DNA of 64,000 nt from Octopus sinensis (Eukaryota), in NCBI RefSeq assembly GCF_006345805.1, contig NC_043005.1, positions 16,492,001 to 16,556,000 of the forward strand, read 5' to 3'. The position numbers and the translations under genes were made by a program. The stretch's first letter is position 1; each line of letters starts with the position of its first letter. Positions 51,900 to 64,000 of this stretch are shown here, in pieces. The notes under the pieces were generated by a model. That model was not told the origin of the DNA and made no database searches. It saw only the letters and a program-made list of their open reading frames with translations.

Positions 51900-52297
51900 A
51901 CTCTTTTACTTGTTTCAGTCATTTGACTGTGGCCATGCTGGAGCACCGCCTTTCAGTCGAACAAATCGACCCCAGGACTTACTCTTTGTAAGCCTAGTAC
52001 TTATTCTATCGGTCTCTTTTGCTGAACTACTAAGTTACAGGCACGTAAACACACCAGCATCGGTTGTCAAGCGATGTTGGGGGGACAAACACAGACACAC
52101 AAACATATACACACACATACATACATACATACATATATACGACAGGCTTCTTTCAGTTTCCGTCTACCAAATCCCCTCACATGGCTTTGGTTGCCCCGAG
52201 GCTATAGTAGAAGACACTTGCCCAAGGTGCCATGCAGTCGGACTGAACCCGGAACTATGTGGTTGGTAAGCAAGCTACTTACCACACAGCCACTCCC
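51900..52297 (-). mobile_element. SINE family A
   Basis: Consensus match. Confidence 0.87.
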
Positions 52298-52302
52298 ACA
52301 CC

Positions 52303-52597
52303 ATTATTTACATTATTTACATTTGATGGATATTTGTCCTCATCTTCTGTTGTGTCTGGGGAGAGTTGTTTTCTTTTTGTGCTTTATAATTTAACACACA
52401 CACAGGTAAAATTTCTTATTTTTATTTTCCTAAAATTTTTGTTGCAACTTGCAACCTTTTCAATAGTCTAACACAACATTTTGGCTGATATACCCTCCAG
52501 CCGTCATCAGGAGTCTTGGGGAAATTTCAAACCTGGGTTCTCATTCCTAAGTTACTTTTCATTATTATTATTATTATTATTCGATTCCAGGCAGTGA

Positions 52598-52654
<57 letters not shown>

Positions 52655-52841
52655 TAATAATACCATTAAAAAATACCTTAGGAATGAGAACCCAGGTTCG
52701 AAAATTTCCCCAAGACTCCTGATGAAAGCTGGAGGGGGTATCAGCCAAAACATTGTGTTAACAACAAACAAGATGAGGACAAATATCTGTCAAATGTAAA
52801 TAATGTACATAATTCCTCATCTCTTAAATATACAACTGTAT
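52303..52841. mobile_element. Inverted pair of family H elements (copy 2 minus, 52303-52580; copy 3 plus, 52580-52841)
   Basis: Hammerhead motifs at 52470-52515 (-) and 52714-52759 (+). Only the B-box half of the head remains at the junction. Confidence 0.82.
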
Positions 52842-53033
52842 CTATCATGTTGCCAACTTTCACCCGTTTTCAAACAAGTTAATATTTCCCCATGGCCAGG
52901 TGATTTCTTGCAGAATACTGGAAATGAATGACAGTGCTTGCATGACACTGACAATCATTTACAACTATGTGGTATCAAGACAAGGAGACTCAACTGTACA
53001 CACATATATGCATACACACACACATACACACAT

Positions 53034-53072
<39 letters not shown>

Positions 53073-53109
53073 TACCTACATTTGCATATATATGTATGTA
53101 TATATGTTT

Positions 53110-53325
53110 CTCTATTACCCACAAGGGGCTAAACATAGAGGCGACAAACAAGGACAGATAAACGGATTAAGTCGATTACATCGACCCCAGTGCGTAACTG
53201 GTACTTAATTTATCAACCCCGAAAGGATGAAAGGCAAAGTCGACCTTGGTGGAATTTGAACTCAGAACGCAACGACAGGCTAAGCATTTCGCCTGGTGTG
53301 CTAATGTTTCTGCCAGTTCGCCTTT
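53110..53325 (-). mobile_element. SINE family B
   Basis: Consensus match. Confidence 0.85.
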
Positions 53326-54134
53326 AATATATGTATGTATATATTTATACACATACACACATGATGGGCTTCTTTCAGTTTCCCTCAACTAAAGCTACTC
53401 GCAAGGCTTTGGTCAACCCAAGGCTATAAGAAAACATTTAAAATGACCCCAGTATTTGACAAAAGCTGAAGTCAGCCTCATGGAAATTTGAACTTTGAAT
53501 ATAAATAAACCTAACTTAATAATTGTCTCTAATTTATTCACAAAACCAGCAGTTTTGAGAAGAAATGGGTTAATCAATACCTTCAACTCCCAATACTTGA
53601 TTGATATGTTAATATACTGATCCCAGAGACACAAATGACAAATTTGACTTCAGTGAGATTTGAACTCAGAATATAAAAAGCCAGAACAAACACCACAAGG
53701 CATTTTGCCTATCACTTAACAATTCTTTCAATCTACTACCTTACCTCTAAAATCTAATATTGATCTTAATTCTTCCAAGCCGAAAACAATTATTGATTGA
53801 AGCAAAGACAGATCAAAGAAAACCAAGAGTGGGAATTCAATAGTCAACAAATACAGGATGCTTAGGTACATAAGTAAATTATACATAGCAAATTAAGTTC
53901 TGTTTAAACACAGCAGACAATTGATTTCAACTTCAGAAGTAATTTAAGAACACCCAACCCATGTACTACTAAGAACAGAAGACATATGGTCACTTCATAT
54001 GGAAGCTGCCTTGTGTTCTGTTAGTTAACTTAGACAACAGCTGGTGAAAACCTAGCACCAGCCATTCCTGGTGGTTATGTCTTTGACTGATACACTTATT
54101 TCTTACACAAGGTATGTTTATTTCTTTTTTTTTT

Positions 54135-54537
54135 TTCTTTTACTTGTTTCAGTCATTTGACTGCGACCATGCTGGAGCACCGCCTTTAGTCGAGCAAATC
54201 GACCCCGGGACTTATTCTTTGTAAGCCCAGTACTTATTCTATCGGCCTCTTTTTGCCGAACCGCTAAGTGACGGGGACGTAAACACACCAGCATCAGTTG
54301 TCAAGCAATGCTAGGGGGACAAACACAGACACGCAAACACACATACACACACTTATATATATACATATATACGACAGGCTTCTTTCAGTTTCTGTCTACC
54401 AAATCCACTCACAAGGCATTGGTCGGCCCGGGGCTATAGCAGAAGACACTTGCCCAAGATGCCATGCAGTGGGACTGAACCCAGAACCATGTGGTTGGTT
54501 AGCAAGCTACTTACCACACAGCCATTCCTGCGCCTAT
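54135..54537 (-). mobile_element. SINE family A, full length
   Basis: Consensus match. Confidence 0.88.
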
Positions 54538-55093
54538 ATCACTAGATCTTAATGCTTGTCTATAATTATTCAAAATAACATAGAAATGCTGTTTTGGTGT
54601 TGAGCAACTCTTATCAGCTTCTGCTTAAGCTTATCAATGGCATGGAACCAAACCAATCAATCAGATAAGAGCAGTATCGATGGACAGGTGGACATAAAGT
54701 TAACCAAGTTTTTCCAAGAAACACCATATTCATCATCATCATTTAACCCTTTCGTTACCAACCCAGCTGAAACTGCTTCTGGCTCTGTAGTATAACTGTC
54801 TTGTTTTCAAAAGTTCTGAATTAAGATCTTCCACGAAAACCTTAGTGACAATTTATCTTCCGAACACTAGATTAATGATAACTAAGTTATTTTACTAAAT
54901 TCTTTGTTATATTTAAAATTAATTGAAAGAAACAGTAAATCAAGTTATTAATTATACCAGCATTCATAATGAAGAGAAAAAATTCATTAGCTCCATGACT
55001 CGTTATATCATCCACTTTATTAATTATTTTTCTTTAAGTTGATGTCCCTAGGTATATTCACCTGCCATTCCTTTGTGCTATAGGTAAGCATTT

Positions 55094-55481
55094 ATACAGT
55101 TGTATATTTAAGAGATGAAGAATTATGTACATTATTTACATTATTTACATTTGACGGATATTTGTCCTCATTTTGTTTGTTGTTAACACGTTTCGACCGA
55201 TATACCCTCCAGCCTTCATCAGGTGTCTTGGGGAAATTTCTAACCTGGATTCTCATTCCTTAGGTATTTTTCAATGTTATTATTATTATTATCATTATTA
55301 TTACTCAGGTCACTGCTTGGAATCGAACTCAGAATCTTGGGGTTAGTAGCCCGTGCTCTTAACCACTACACCATATTGTCATGGGCATAACTACTATGCC
55401 ATATGTCTGTGGGCATATGGCATAGTGGTTAAGAGCGCAAGCTACTAACCCCAAGATTCCAAGTTCGATTCCAAGCAGTGA

Positions 55482-55512
<31 letters not shown>

Positions 55513-55893
55513 CATCATCATCGTTTAGCGTCCGCTTTCCATGCTAGCATGGGTTGGACGGTTCAACTGGGGTCTGGGAAGCCAGAAGGCTGCACCAGGC
55601 CAACCACTCCATGAGTGTAGTGGGTGCTTTTTACGTGCCACTGGCAGAGGTGCAGACGAGTCTGGCAAACAGCCACGATCGGATGGTGCTTTTTATGTGC
55701 CACCGGCACATATTATTAACAACAACAACAACAACAACAATATTGAAAAATACCTTAGGAATGAGAACTCAAGTTTGAAATTTCCCCAAGACACCTGATG
55801 AAGGCTGACGGATATATCAGCCGAAACATTGTGTTAACAACAATCAAGATGATGGACAAATATCCATCAATTGTAAATAATGTAAACAATGTA
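55094..55893. mobile_element. Head-to-head pair of family H elements (copy 4 minus, 55094-55389; copy 5 plus, 55395-55893, with a family C insert at about 55510-55712)
   Basis: Two tRNA-like heads face outward from about 55392; hammerhead motifs at 55185-55227 (-) and 55790-55835 (+). Confidence 0.85.
55790..55835 (+). ncRNA. Minimal type I hammerhead ribozyme motif (best preserved core)
   Basis: GACAC-CTGATGA-A-GGCTGA(CGGATATA)TCAGCC-GAAAC-ATT-GTGTT. Stem I is GACAC/GTGTT, stem II has 6 bp, and the CUGAUGA and GAAA cores are intact. Confidence 0.72.
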
Positions 55894-56197
55894 AGCGTTT
55901 ATGTTCTTGATAGATGAATGATTGTTTCTTTATATTCTAGACAGGTGGTTGATTTCAAAATGGAAATGATGGAGAAGATAATGGTTTCAAGCTTTGACAC
56001 AAAGCCAGTAATTTTGGGGGAAGCGGGGTCAACCAATTACGTGAACCCCAGTTCTCAACTGGTATTAACTGGTACTAAAGGATGAAAGACAAAGTTGACT
56101 TTGAACTCAGAACATAAACAGCCAGAAGAAATGCTGCCCAATACATTTTGTTTGGTATGCAATGAATCTGCTAGCTTACCGCTTTAACAATAAAGGT

Positions 56198-56229
<32 letters not shown>

Positions 56230-56579
56230 CCATCATCATAATCAAAATATCCACTTTCCCATGCTTGCATAGATCAGACAAAATTTGTTGAAATAGATTT
56301 TCTGCAGCTGGATGCTCTTCCTGTTGCTAACCCTCGCCTGTTTCAAAGCAAGCTAATATTTCCCATGACCAGGCATGTTTTCCTTTGAGGATTGGAAATG
56401 AACAAAATCACTTCTATGATGATGTCAAGACAAGAGTACACATAAACACAACGACATATATGGCTTTGGTCAGCCCATGGCTATAGCAGAAGACATTTGC
56501 CCAAGATATCACACAGTGGGACTGAACCCAAAACAATATAGTTGGGAAGTAAGCTTCTTAACCACATACCACACCTGCT

Positions 56580-56880
56580 AATCATCATCATCGTTTAACG
56601 TCCGTTCTCCATGCTAGCATGGGTTGGACGGTTCGACTGGGGATCTGGGAAGCCAGAAGGCTGCACCAGGCTCCGGTCTTATCCGGCAATGTTTCTACAG
56701 CTGGATGCCCTTCCTAACGCCAACCACTCCGTGAGTGTATTGGGTGCTTTTTACGTGCCACCTGCACTGGTGCCAGGCGAGGCTGGCATCGGCCACGGTT
56801 GGATTGGTGCATTTTACATGCCACCTGCACGGAGGCCAGTCGAGGTGGCACTGGCTTTGGCCACGATTCGGATGGTGCTT
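56580..56880 (-). mobile_element. SINE family C just downstream of the exon 1 donor
   Basis: Consensus match. Confidence 0.82.
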
Positions 56881-56926
56881 TAAAAATCAGAAACAGTAGT
56901 GAAGAAAAGAAAGAAGATGACCTTAC

Positions 56927-57205
56927 CTTTTGTCTGAAATATTTTAGAACCATGGTTGTTTTTTGCATGTCTGACTGGTTGTTTACCAATTTGTATCTCT
57001 TGAATTTTTGATATATCTCTTATTGGAAGATTCCAGGATTGATACTGGCGGGGTGGTAGAATATCACCTGAGATAGAATCTAGAGATTTCGCTTTGGACA
57101 AGCTCGATGTGGAAACATTATCAAGAGATGGACTTTGAGGCAGATGGTGGTAGCTTCCATGGTTGCTTCGGTCAAGAGAACGAGAACTTGTGGAAGAGTT
57201 AAGTT
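56927..57205 (-). CDS. Exon 1 of the visible part (internal exon, Ser-rich)
   Basis: Acceptor aattttcag|AA, donor AAAG|GTAAGG; 279 nt, phase 1-1, open frame LNSSTSSRSLDRSNHG...SKIFQTK. Linkage to the downstream exons is inferred from strand and phase. Confidence 0.75.
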
Positions 57206-57519
57206 CTGAAAATTAACCAAAAAGAGAGAGAGAGTAAATAAAAGAGAAATATAATATTGTGTGATAGAGTTAATCTCTTTGTTCTAATAACAAAATTTCA
57301 TTTATATCTATCACATTAGTGTGATAGATGTTATAAATGTCAATTTTGGGGGTGTTATTTTAAGGGGGTTTTAAGGATAACAACAAAACATTTACTGATG
57401 TAAAGGATCAATGCTAAAAATAAGTGAAATATATTATAAAATTATTTTTGGTCAAATGTTAATTTGACCAAATAATTGATAAACCTCAGATATTTTGCAT
57501 AAACAAAACATTAGTACAA

Positions 57520-57760
57520 TCATCATCATCGTTTAATGTCTGTTTTCCATGCTAGCATGGGTTGGACGGTTCGACCGGAGTAGTGGAAACCAGGAGGCTG
57601 CACCAGGCTCCAGTATAACCTGGCAGTGTTTCTACAGCTGGATGCCAACCACTCCGTGAGTGTAGCGGGTACTTTTTATGTGCCACCAGCACAGGGGCCA
57701 GAGGAGTCTGGCAACGGCCATGATCAGTTGGTGCTTTTTACGTGCCACTGGCACAGGTAT
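57520..57760 (-). mobile_element. SINE family C
   Basis: Consensus match. Confidence 0.8.
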
Positions 57761-58319
57761 CACAACTACAATTCCATTTGATTTTTATTTTGGTTTTGAT
57801 GTACTTGACTCTATAAGTATCCTCAAGTAGCGCAGGTCACCCCATGATCCAAGGTGAATGGAGGGAAAATTAAAAAATATTAGAAGCAGAATTGTTAATT
57901 TAAAATTTAACAAAAAAAAACATGGAATTAAATATTTTTTCTCTTAATTTAAATCAATAAAATTTTAAAAATCTAATTTTAGTTCATGTTTTTCAGTTTC
58001 AGATTTAGGTTCTTCTTCAGTTTCAAATATTTACAAAAAGAATTTTGACTTTTGCAACCTGAAATTTTATATACACAGAAAATTCTGAGTTGAAAGTTAG
58101 AAAATCCATTTTAGAATGAATGATTACAAAGAAATAAAATGAGATCTAAAATAATCTGCTGTTAAAAATTGGAGTTTGATGGTAATTCAACTAAAACTAA
58201 AGAGAGTTGCTTGTTAGAAATAGTAAGCAAATCTCCCTCAAATTATAGTCTACCTTCTTAAAAAAAGGATCACCAATTGTATATGATTGTATGTGAAGGG
58301 AATTTTATATATAAATATA

Positions 58320-58700
58320 TAGGAGTGGCTGTGTGGTAAGTAGCTTGCTTACCAACCGCATGGTTCCGGGTTCAGTCCCACTGCGTGGCATCTTGGGCAA
58401 GTATCTTCTACTGTAGCCTTCGGCCGACCAAACTCTTGTGAGTGGATTTGGTAGATGGAAATTGAAAGCCCATCGTATATATATATATGTATATGTTTGT
58501 GTGTCCGTGTTTATCCCCACCAACATCGCTTGACAATCGATGCTGGTGTGTTTACATCCCCATAACTTAGAAGTTCGGCAAAAGACACCAATAGAATAAG
58601 TATTACAAAGAATAAGCTCTGGGTTCAATTTGCTCGACTAAAGGTGGTACTCCAGCATGGCCACAGTCAAATGACTGAAACAAGTAAAAGAATAAAAGAA
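58320..58700 (+). mobile_element. SINE family A
   Basis: Consensus match. Confidence 0.87.
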
Positions 58701-59024
58701 TACAATTTTGTCCCAAACAAGGCTTGAGACAGAGTAGCATAAGCATGTACAAAGAAGGGGTCTACAAATCTAAAAGATGCCGGTTAAGAGAAAGCTTAGA
58801 GAACTGAATATCATAGACCAGAAGAGAACAAGACAATGGTAGTGAGTTCTACAGAGCAGAGGTTTGAATAAAGAAGCCCTTACAATAAAAGGACTTATGA
58901 CTACAGGAAGAGAAGTGATGCCCCTGGGATGACACGTTTAAAGGTTTTGACAGAGGGAACCAGACTAGAAAGTTCATCAGAGAAATGATAATGGAAACAG
59001 TTATAAAAAAGACAGAATGAAGAT

Positions 59025-59434
59025 GGCACAGGAGTGGCTGTGTGGTAAGTAGCTTGCTAACCAACCACATGGTTCCGGGTTCAGTCCCACTGCGTGGCAT
59101 CTTGGGCAAGTGTCTTCTGCTATAGCCCCGGGCCGACCAATGCCTTGTGAGTGGATTTGGTAGACAGAAACTGAAAGAAGCCTGTCGTATATATGTAAAT
59201 ATATATATGTGTGTGTGTGTATGTTTGTGTGTCTGTGTTTGTCCCCTCAACATCACTTGACAATCGATGCTGGTGTGTTTACATCCCCATAACCTAGCGG
59301 TTCGGCAGAAGAGACCGATAGAATAAGTACTAGGCTTACAAAGAATAAGTCCCAGGGTCGATTTGCTCGACTAAAGGCGGTGCTCCAGCATGGCCGCAGT
59401 CAAATGACTGAAACAAGTAAAAGAGTAAAAGAGT
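59025..59434 (+). mobile_element. SINE family A, full length
   Basis: Consensus match. Confidence 0.88.
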
Positions 59435-59849
59435 AAGATACATTCTGATAATAAACCAAAAACTAGTAGGAAGAAGGGAACACACCATGTTAACAACTGA
59501 GTTCTGAAATTAACCAATCCAGTTATGAGACTCAGAGGAGGTGCCAGCATGAAGATGACATCAGTATTCAAAGTAAGGTAAGGCAGCAAGCTAGCAGAAT
59601 CATTAACATGCCAGGCAAAATGCTTAACAGCATTTCATCCATCTTTACTTTCTGGGTTCAAATTCTGCCGAGGTTGCTTTTCCTTTCATCCTTTCAGGTT
59701 CGATAAAATAATTACCCTGTTGAGCACTCGGGTCAATGTAATCGATTCATCCCATCCTCAACCCCTAAATTGCTGGCCTTGTGCCAAAAATTTGAAACCA
59801 ATATTCAGTGCAAGGTCAAATGGTGGCTTTTAGTGATACAAGATAGTCT

Positions 59850-60082
59850 CAAGGCGGCAGGCTGGCAGAAACTTTAGCATGCCGGATGAAATACTTAGAG
59901 GTATTTCGTCTGCCGTTACGTTCTGAGTTCAAATTCTGCCGAGGCCGACTTTGCCTTTCATCCTTTCGGGGTCGATAAATTAAGTACCAGTTACACACTG
60001 GGGTCGATGTAATAGACTTAATCCCTCTGTCTGTCCTCGTTTGTCCCCTCTATGTTCAGCCCCTTGAGGGCAATAAAGAAAT
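59850..60082 (+). mobile_element. SINE family B, full length
   Basis: Consensus match. Confidence 0.87.
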
Positions 60083-62281
60083 AAGATACCCTCAAGCATA
60101 AACATTTGTGAGCACAGAAGAGGAATGCAACATTCTTGGCACCAGACATGGCAATGGACTAAACATACTTGTTCAAAGAGAAATCCTTGGCCAAAGCCAA
60201 ATATGTATTATTGTAAGAAATTTAACACCAATAAATTCAAAGACCAAGTCTTCAACAATACTTCAATGCTAATAATACTACTACTACTAGTATAAAATGC
60301 AACTCAGGATGTGGGAATTACAATTTCAAAGTTGATGTAAAATCAATTTTGTAAACTGTTACTTTGTCTTTCATTACTACACAATATTGCCGCCAATTAC
60401 TTAGACAATGTCCATTCCCCACAGAATAAAAGTTCCAAGTCACAACTGACTGCCACTCAATTGTTCTACTTTCTTCTAAATTGATGAAAACAATTCTTCA
60501 AATTAATTTCATTGCTCAACAGTCTTGAGCTGAAGAACTAGAATTATCTGTCTGGGAAGTTATGTATGCTGAAAGAATGTGGAAGAGAAAAGAATTTGAG
60601 GAGTGCATTTGCAAATAGTGTTGCTTGATTAAGCATCACACTCAGTGTGAATTTGTAGAGATGATCGTTTCAGTTAATATCTTTCATTAAATTAGACAAC
60701 GAAATTTTCAAAAGCTAATTATATATTTCAATTCAATAATGGAATATTTAGAAACTCAAGTAATATTTCTTCTACTGCACAGCACTGTTGCATGGTATGC
60801 AACAGAATTAATCGAGCAACTGTGGAATAAAAATGGTTTGTGAAAGAGGAAAGTGAAGAGAGCTGGGGAGAGGGAAGAGAGCGGGGGAGAGCGAAGAGAT
60901 CTGGGAAGAGTGAAGAGAGCAGGGGAGAGCAAAGAGATCTGGGAAGAGTAAAGAGAGCAGGGGAGAGTGTAGAGAGCTGGGAAGAGTGTAGATATACAAA
61001 AGACAGAACTGTCGCAGTAGGAAGAAGTTTGATCATAGTGATCTGCTCAAAAAAAAAAAAAAGGAATTAAACAAAAACACTAGTCCAACAAAACTTAAAA
61101 AGCAAAATATCCACCTTGAGCAAACAGGTGAAAATGGATGAGGATATTGTGGGGGGAAAAAATTTTGTAAGTGAAATAAAGAAGATTCCACATTGTTTTG
61201 TGTTCAAATTTTGTTGTGGTTTGAGTCAAAACCAAGATATTGTAGTGATACACTAAAACATCCTGTCCCACATACTTTAATTAACCTCCTGCTTTCACAA
61301 GGGAATTGTATAATTTATTAAACAGTAACACGTCCAGTAACTTAATTTATCAACCTTATGTGAAGTCAACCAATGTAGGATTTGAACTCGGAAATATAAA
61401 GGGATATAATCAAATATCATATTGAACTCAGTCCAGTGATCTCCTGTTTCTGCCACTCCACTCCGTTCCGCTCCACCTTAGTAACTCTTAACATAAAAGA
61501 ACTCACAAATGAAAACATTTTGATAAATCTAGAACACTGTTATACACTGTAATAACATTTAATATTTTGGAGACACACATCTCATGTATAATCAATTGTA
61601 TGAATCAGACCTGTTTGTTACTAACAATACTGTGACTATTTAGATTAGGTGTATTAATACATACAAGCAGAGAAGACTTGTAAAATAACAATAGTTCTTT
61701 TATACTAATTAATATTATGTATGATCACACCTTCCTGAATACCATGAATAAATCTTTAAATAAATGTCAAACTACTTTTTGTGTGTATTTCAAGAATCTT
61801 GTCTAGCGACATTCTTCTTGAGTGTCTCTGCCTGGACTGTAGCAATATTTGATGGGATAGGATTTAAAAGATTTTCAACAATTATCACATAGCCGCCCTA
61901 CATTCAGTTCAAAAAAGATTTGGAAGAACGCATGATAAGTGGGTTTATGCTGGAGAGGGATATCTTACTTACTGTAACATCAACTGAAGATGTGAATGAG
62001 ATGGTTGTGTTTTGTTTTGCTGTGAAATGACAGACTGAAAAGGGGAGACTAACATTTCAGATAAGCCTTGGTTTTTAAATTTATTTTTTAAAAGATTTAA
62101 TAAATTTAACCACCAAATATTGAGTACTTCCAGACCAGCTTTTATTGAGCAGATCAATACCAGGTGATCAGTCTGTGATTATCCCCACCTTAAGTTGAGA
62201 CTGTGTGTATAGATTTACATGATCCAACATCTTCTTCCTTTATCATCATAAGCTAAACAACAACAACAACAACAACAGCAG

Positions 62282-62470
62282 TGTAGAAGCACAATGGCCC
62301 AGTGGTTAGGGCAGCGGACTCGCGGTCATAAGAACACAGTTTCGATTCCCAGACTGGGCATTGTGAGTGTTTATTGAGCAAAAACACCTAAGCTCCATGA
62401 GGCTCCAGCAGGGGGGTGGTGATGACCCCCACTGTACTCTTTCACCACAACTTTCTCTTACTCTTTCCTC
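62282..62470 (+). mobile_element. SINE family D 5' part
   Basis: tggcccagtggttagggcagcggactcgcgg...gtttcgattccc; anticodon-like TCG (Arg). Confidence 0.78.
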
Positions 62471-63589
62471 CTACTTCTGCCACAAAGCAGAGGAACTATG
62501 GTGTAACCCACTATGGTGTGATAACTTTCAGACCCTAGTTTAGATTGCAAATCCTCTGTACCCCAGGATGGTTCAGCTCTCCACCCATTAAAAAGTGACC
62601 ATTTACAGAATGAGGATACCAATGTAGCTTTCACGCCCATGCAACCGCCAGTCTATCGCGTGTGGTGGGTGGATCTTCAAGTTGCCACACACATTCTTAG
62701 TAGCCTAGAATAGGCTTGAATTATAGATTATTCTTTGTGGCCAATGGTGTGAGTCCTGATTCAAAGAAGAAGAACAACAACAACAGTCAAGTCTTGCTGT
62801 CTTGGTTGTTGTTGATTAGCTGCAGGTCAGCCCTGATCAGCCATACCTATGAAAAAAAGCCTTCCAGCCATAGTCATCCCGTCGTTTTGTACATTTACGA
62901 ATAAATATTTAATTCATTATCAAAATGATAATTTAATTCATGGAATCCAGTGAATAATTAAGGTAAATAGAGAGCATTTTGAGGTTAGACAGGTACAATT
63001 TCCCACCTCATTCAAGCTCTATGAACGCCATTAAACCCATGTGCCAGGAGTTCAGGTGTGTAGTGCATTAAAAAATAGTGTCAATAAATACAGAAATTAT
63101 TCTGCCTGCATTCAGTGTCTTTACAGAGTGAAGAGTATGTATACAGACGAGTACAATGCATGTGTGGTCGCTTCTAATGATTGAGCTGATTTGCATTTCA
63201 TATGAGTGTATAAACGAGCCATCATCATCATTGTTTAACGTCTGTCTTACATACAGGTATAGGTCGGACAGTTTAACAGGATCCAACAAGCCAAAGGACT
63301 GTGTTAAGTACCAATGGCTGCTTTGGCATGCTTTCTACAGCTGAATGTCCTTGTTAATGCCGACCACCTTACAGGTTGTACTGAGGGCTTTTTTTTTCAT
63401 GGCACAGGCACTAGTGAGGTCACCAAGCAATTCACACGACAAAAAAGTGTGTTGCGAATGTGTGTGCACGTGTAAATGCAACTGTATAAAAAAAGTAATC
63501 CAGTATGCATTCATCATATTGAACATATAGTGTGTGTGTGTGTGTGTGTGTATGTGTGTGTGTAATGTCATTGCATTCGTATGCATCTC

Positions 63590-64000
63590 TTTTACTCTTT
63601 TACTTGTTTCAGTCATTTGACTGTGGCCATGCTGGAGCACCGCCTTTAGTTGAGCAAATTGACCCCAGGACTTATTCTTTGGAAGCCTAGTATTTATTCT
63701 ATCGGTCTCTTTTTGCTGAACCACTAATTTACGGGGATGTAGACATACCAGCATCAATTGTCAAGCGATGTTGAGGGGGACAAACACAGACACTAAAACA
63801 TATACACACACATACATATATATACATTTATATACATACATACGACAGGCTTCTTTCAGTTTCCGTCTACCAAATCCACTCACAAGGCTTTGGTCGGCCC
63901 GAGGCTATAGTAGAAGACACTTGCCCAAGGTACCACATAGTGGGAATGAACCCGGAACCATGTGGTTGGTAAGCAAGCTACTTACCACACAGCCACTCCT
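63590..64000 (-). mobile_element. SINE family A (runs to the window edge)
   Basis: Consensus match. Confidence 0.88.

Noticed and set aside
53745-53771. 27-nt phase 1-1 microexon (ELRSILDFR)
   Set aside because: The acceptor is a weak AAG and the donor coincides with a degraded SINE B boundary.
55411-55483. Functional tRNA gene
   Set aside because: The acceptor and T stems pair poorly, and the sequence is always followed by (AAT)n and the repeat tail.

Overview
AT-rich, microsatellite- and SINE-dense animal DNA. The repeat families resemble those I associate with Octopus genomes (inference from recall, not searched). The window lies inside one large minus-strand gene that is open at both ends. 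I reconstructed nine GT-AG exons (57205 down to 1871) that join in one frame: 2067 nt, about 688 codons. They encode a long Ser/acidic low-complexity region followed by two I-set immunoglobulin domains. The second Ig domain is encoded by two exons the ORF track misses. Introns hold at least four tRNA-derived SINE families, CR1-type LINE 3' ends, MULE and Tc1/mariner relics, MITEs and Penelope-like foldback remnants. The most interesting signals are: (1) five copies of a tRNA-headed element carrying a minimal hammerhead ribozyme motif, four of them in two head-to-head inverted pairs; (2) an array of about 35 copies of the 34-bp 3' terminus of a CR1 LINE; (3) an 11-unit array of 153-bp SINE heads; (4) three long near-perfect hairpins next to an Ig exon, one centred on a hammerhead core. 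Exon coordinates were counted base by base. Repeat boundaries are approximate (about +/-10-20 bp).
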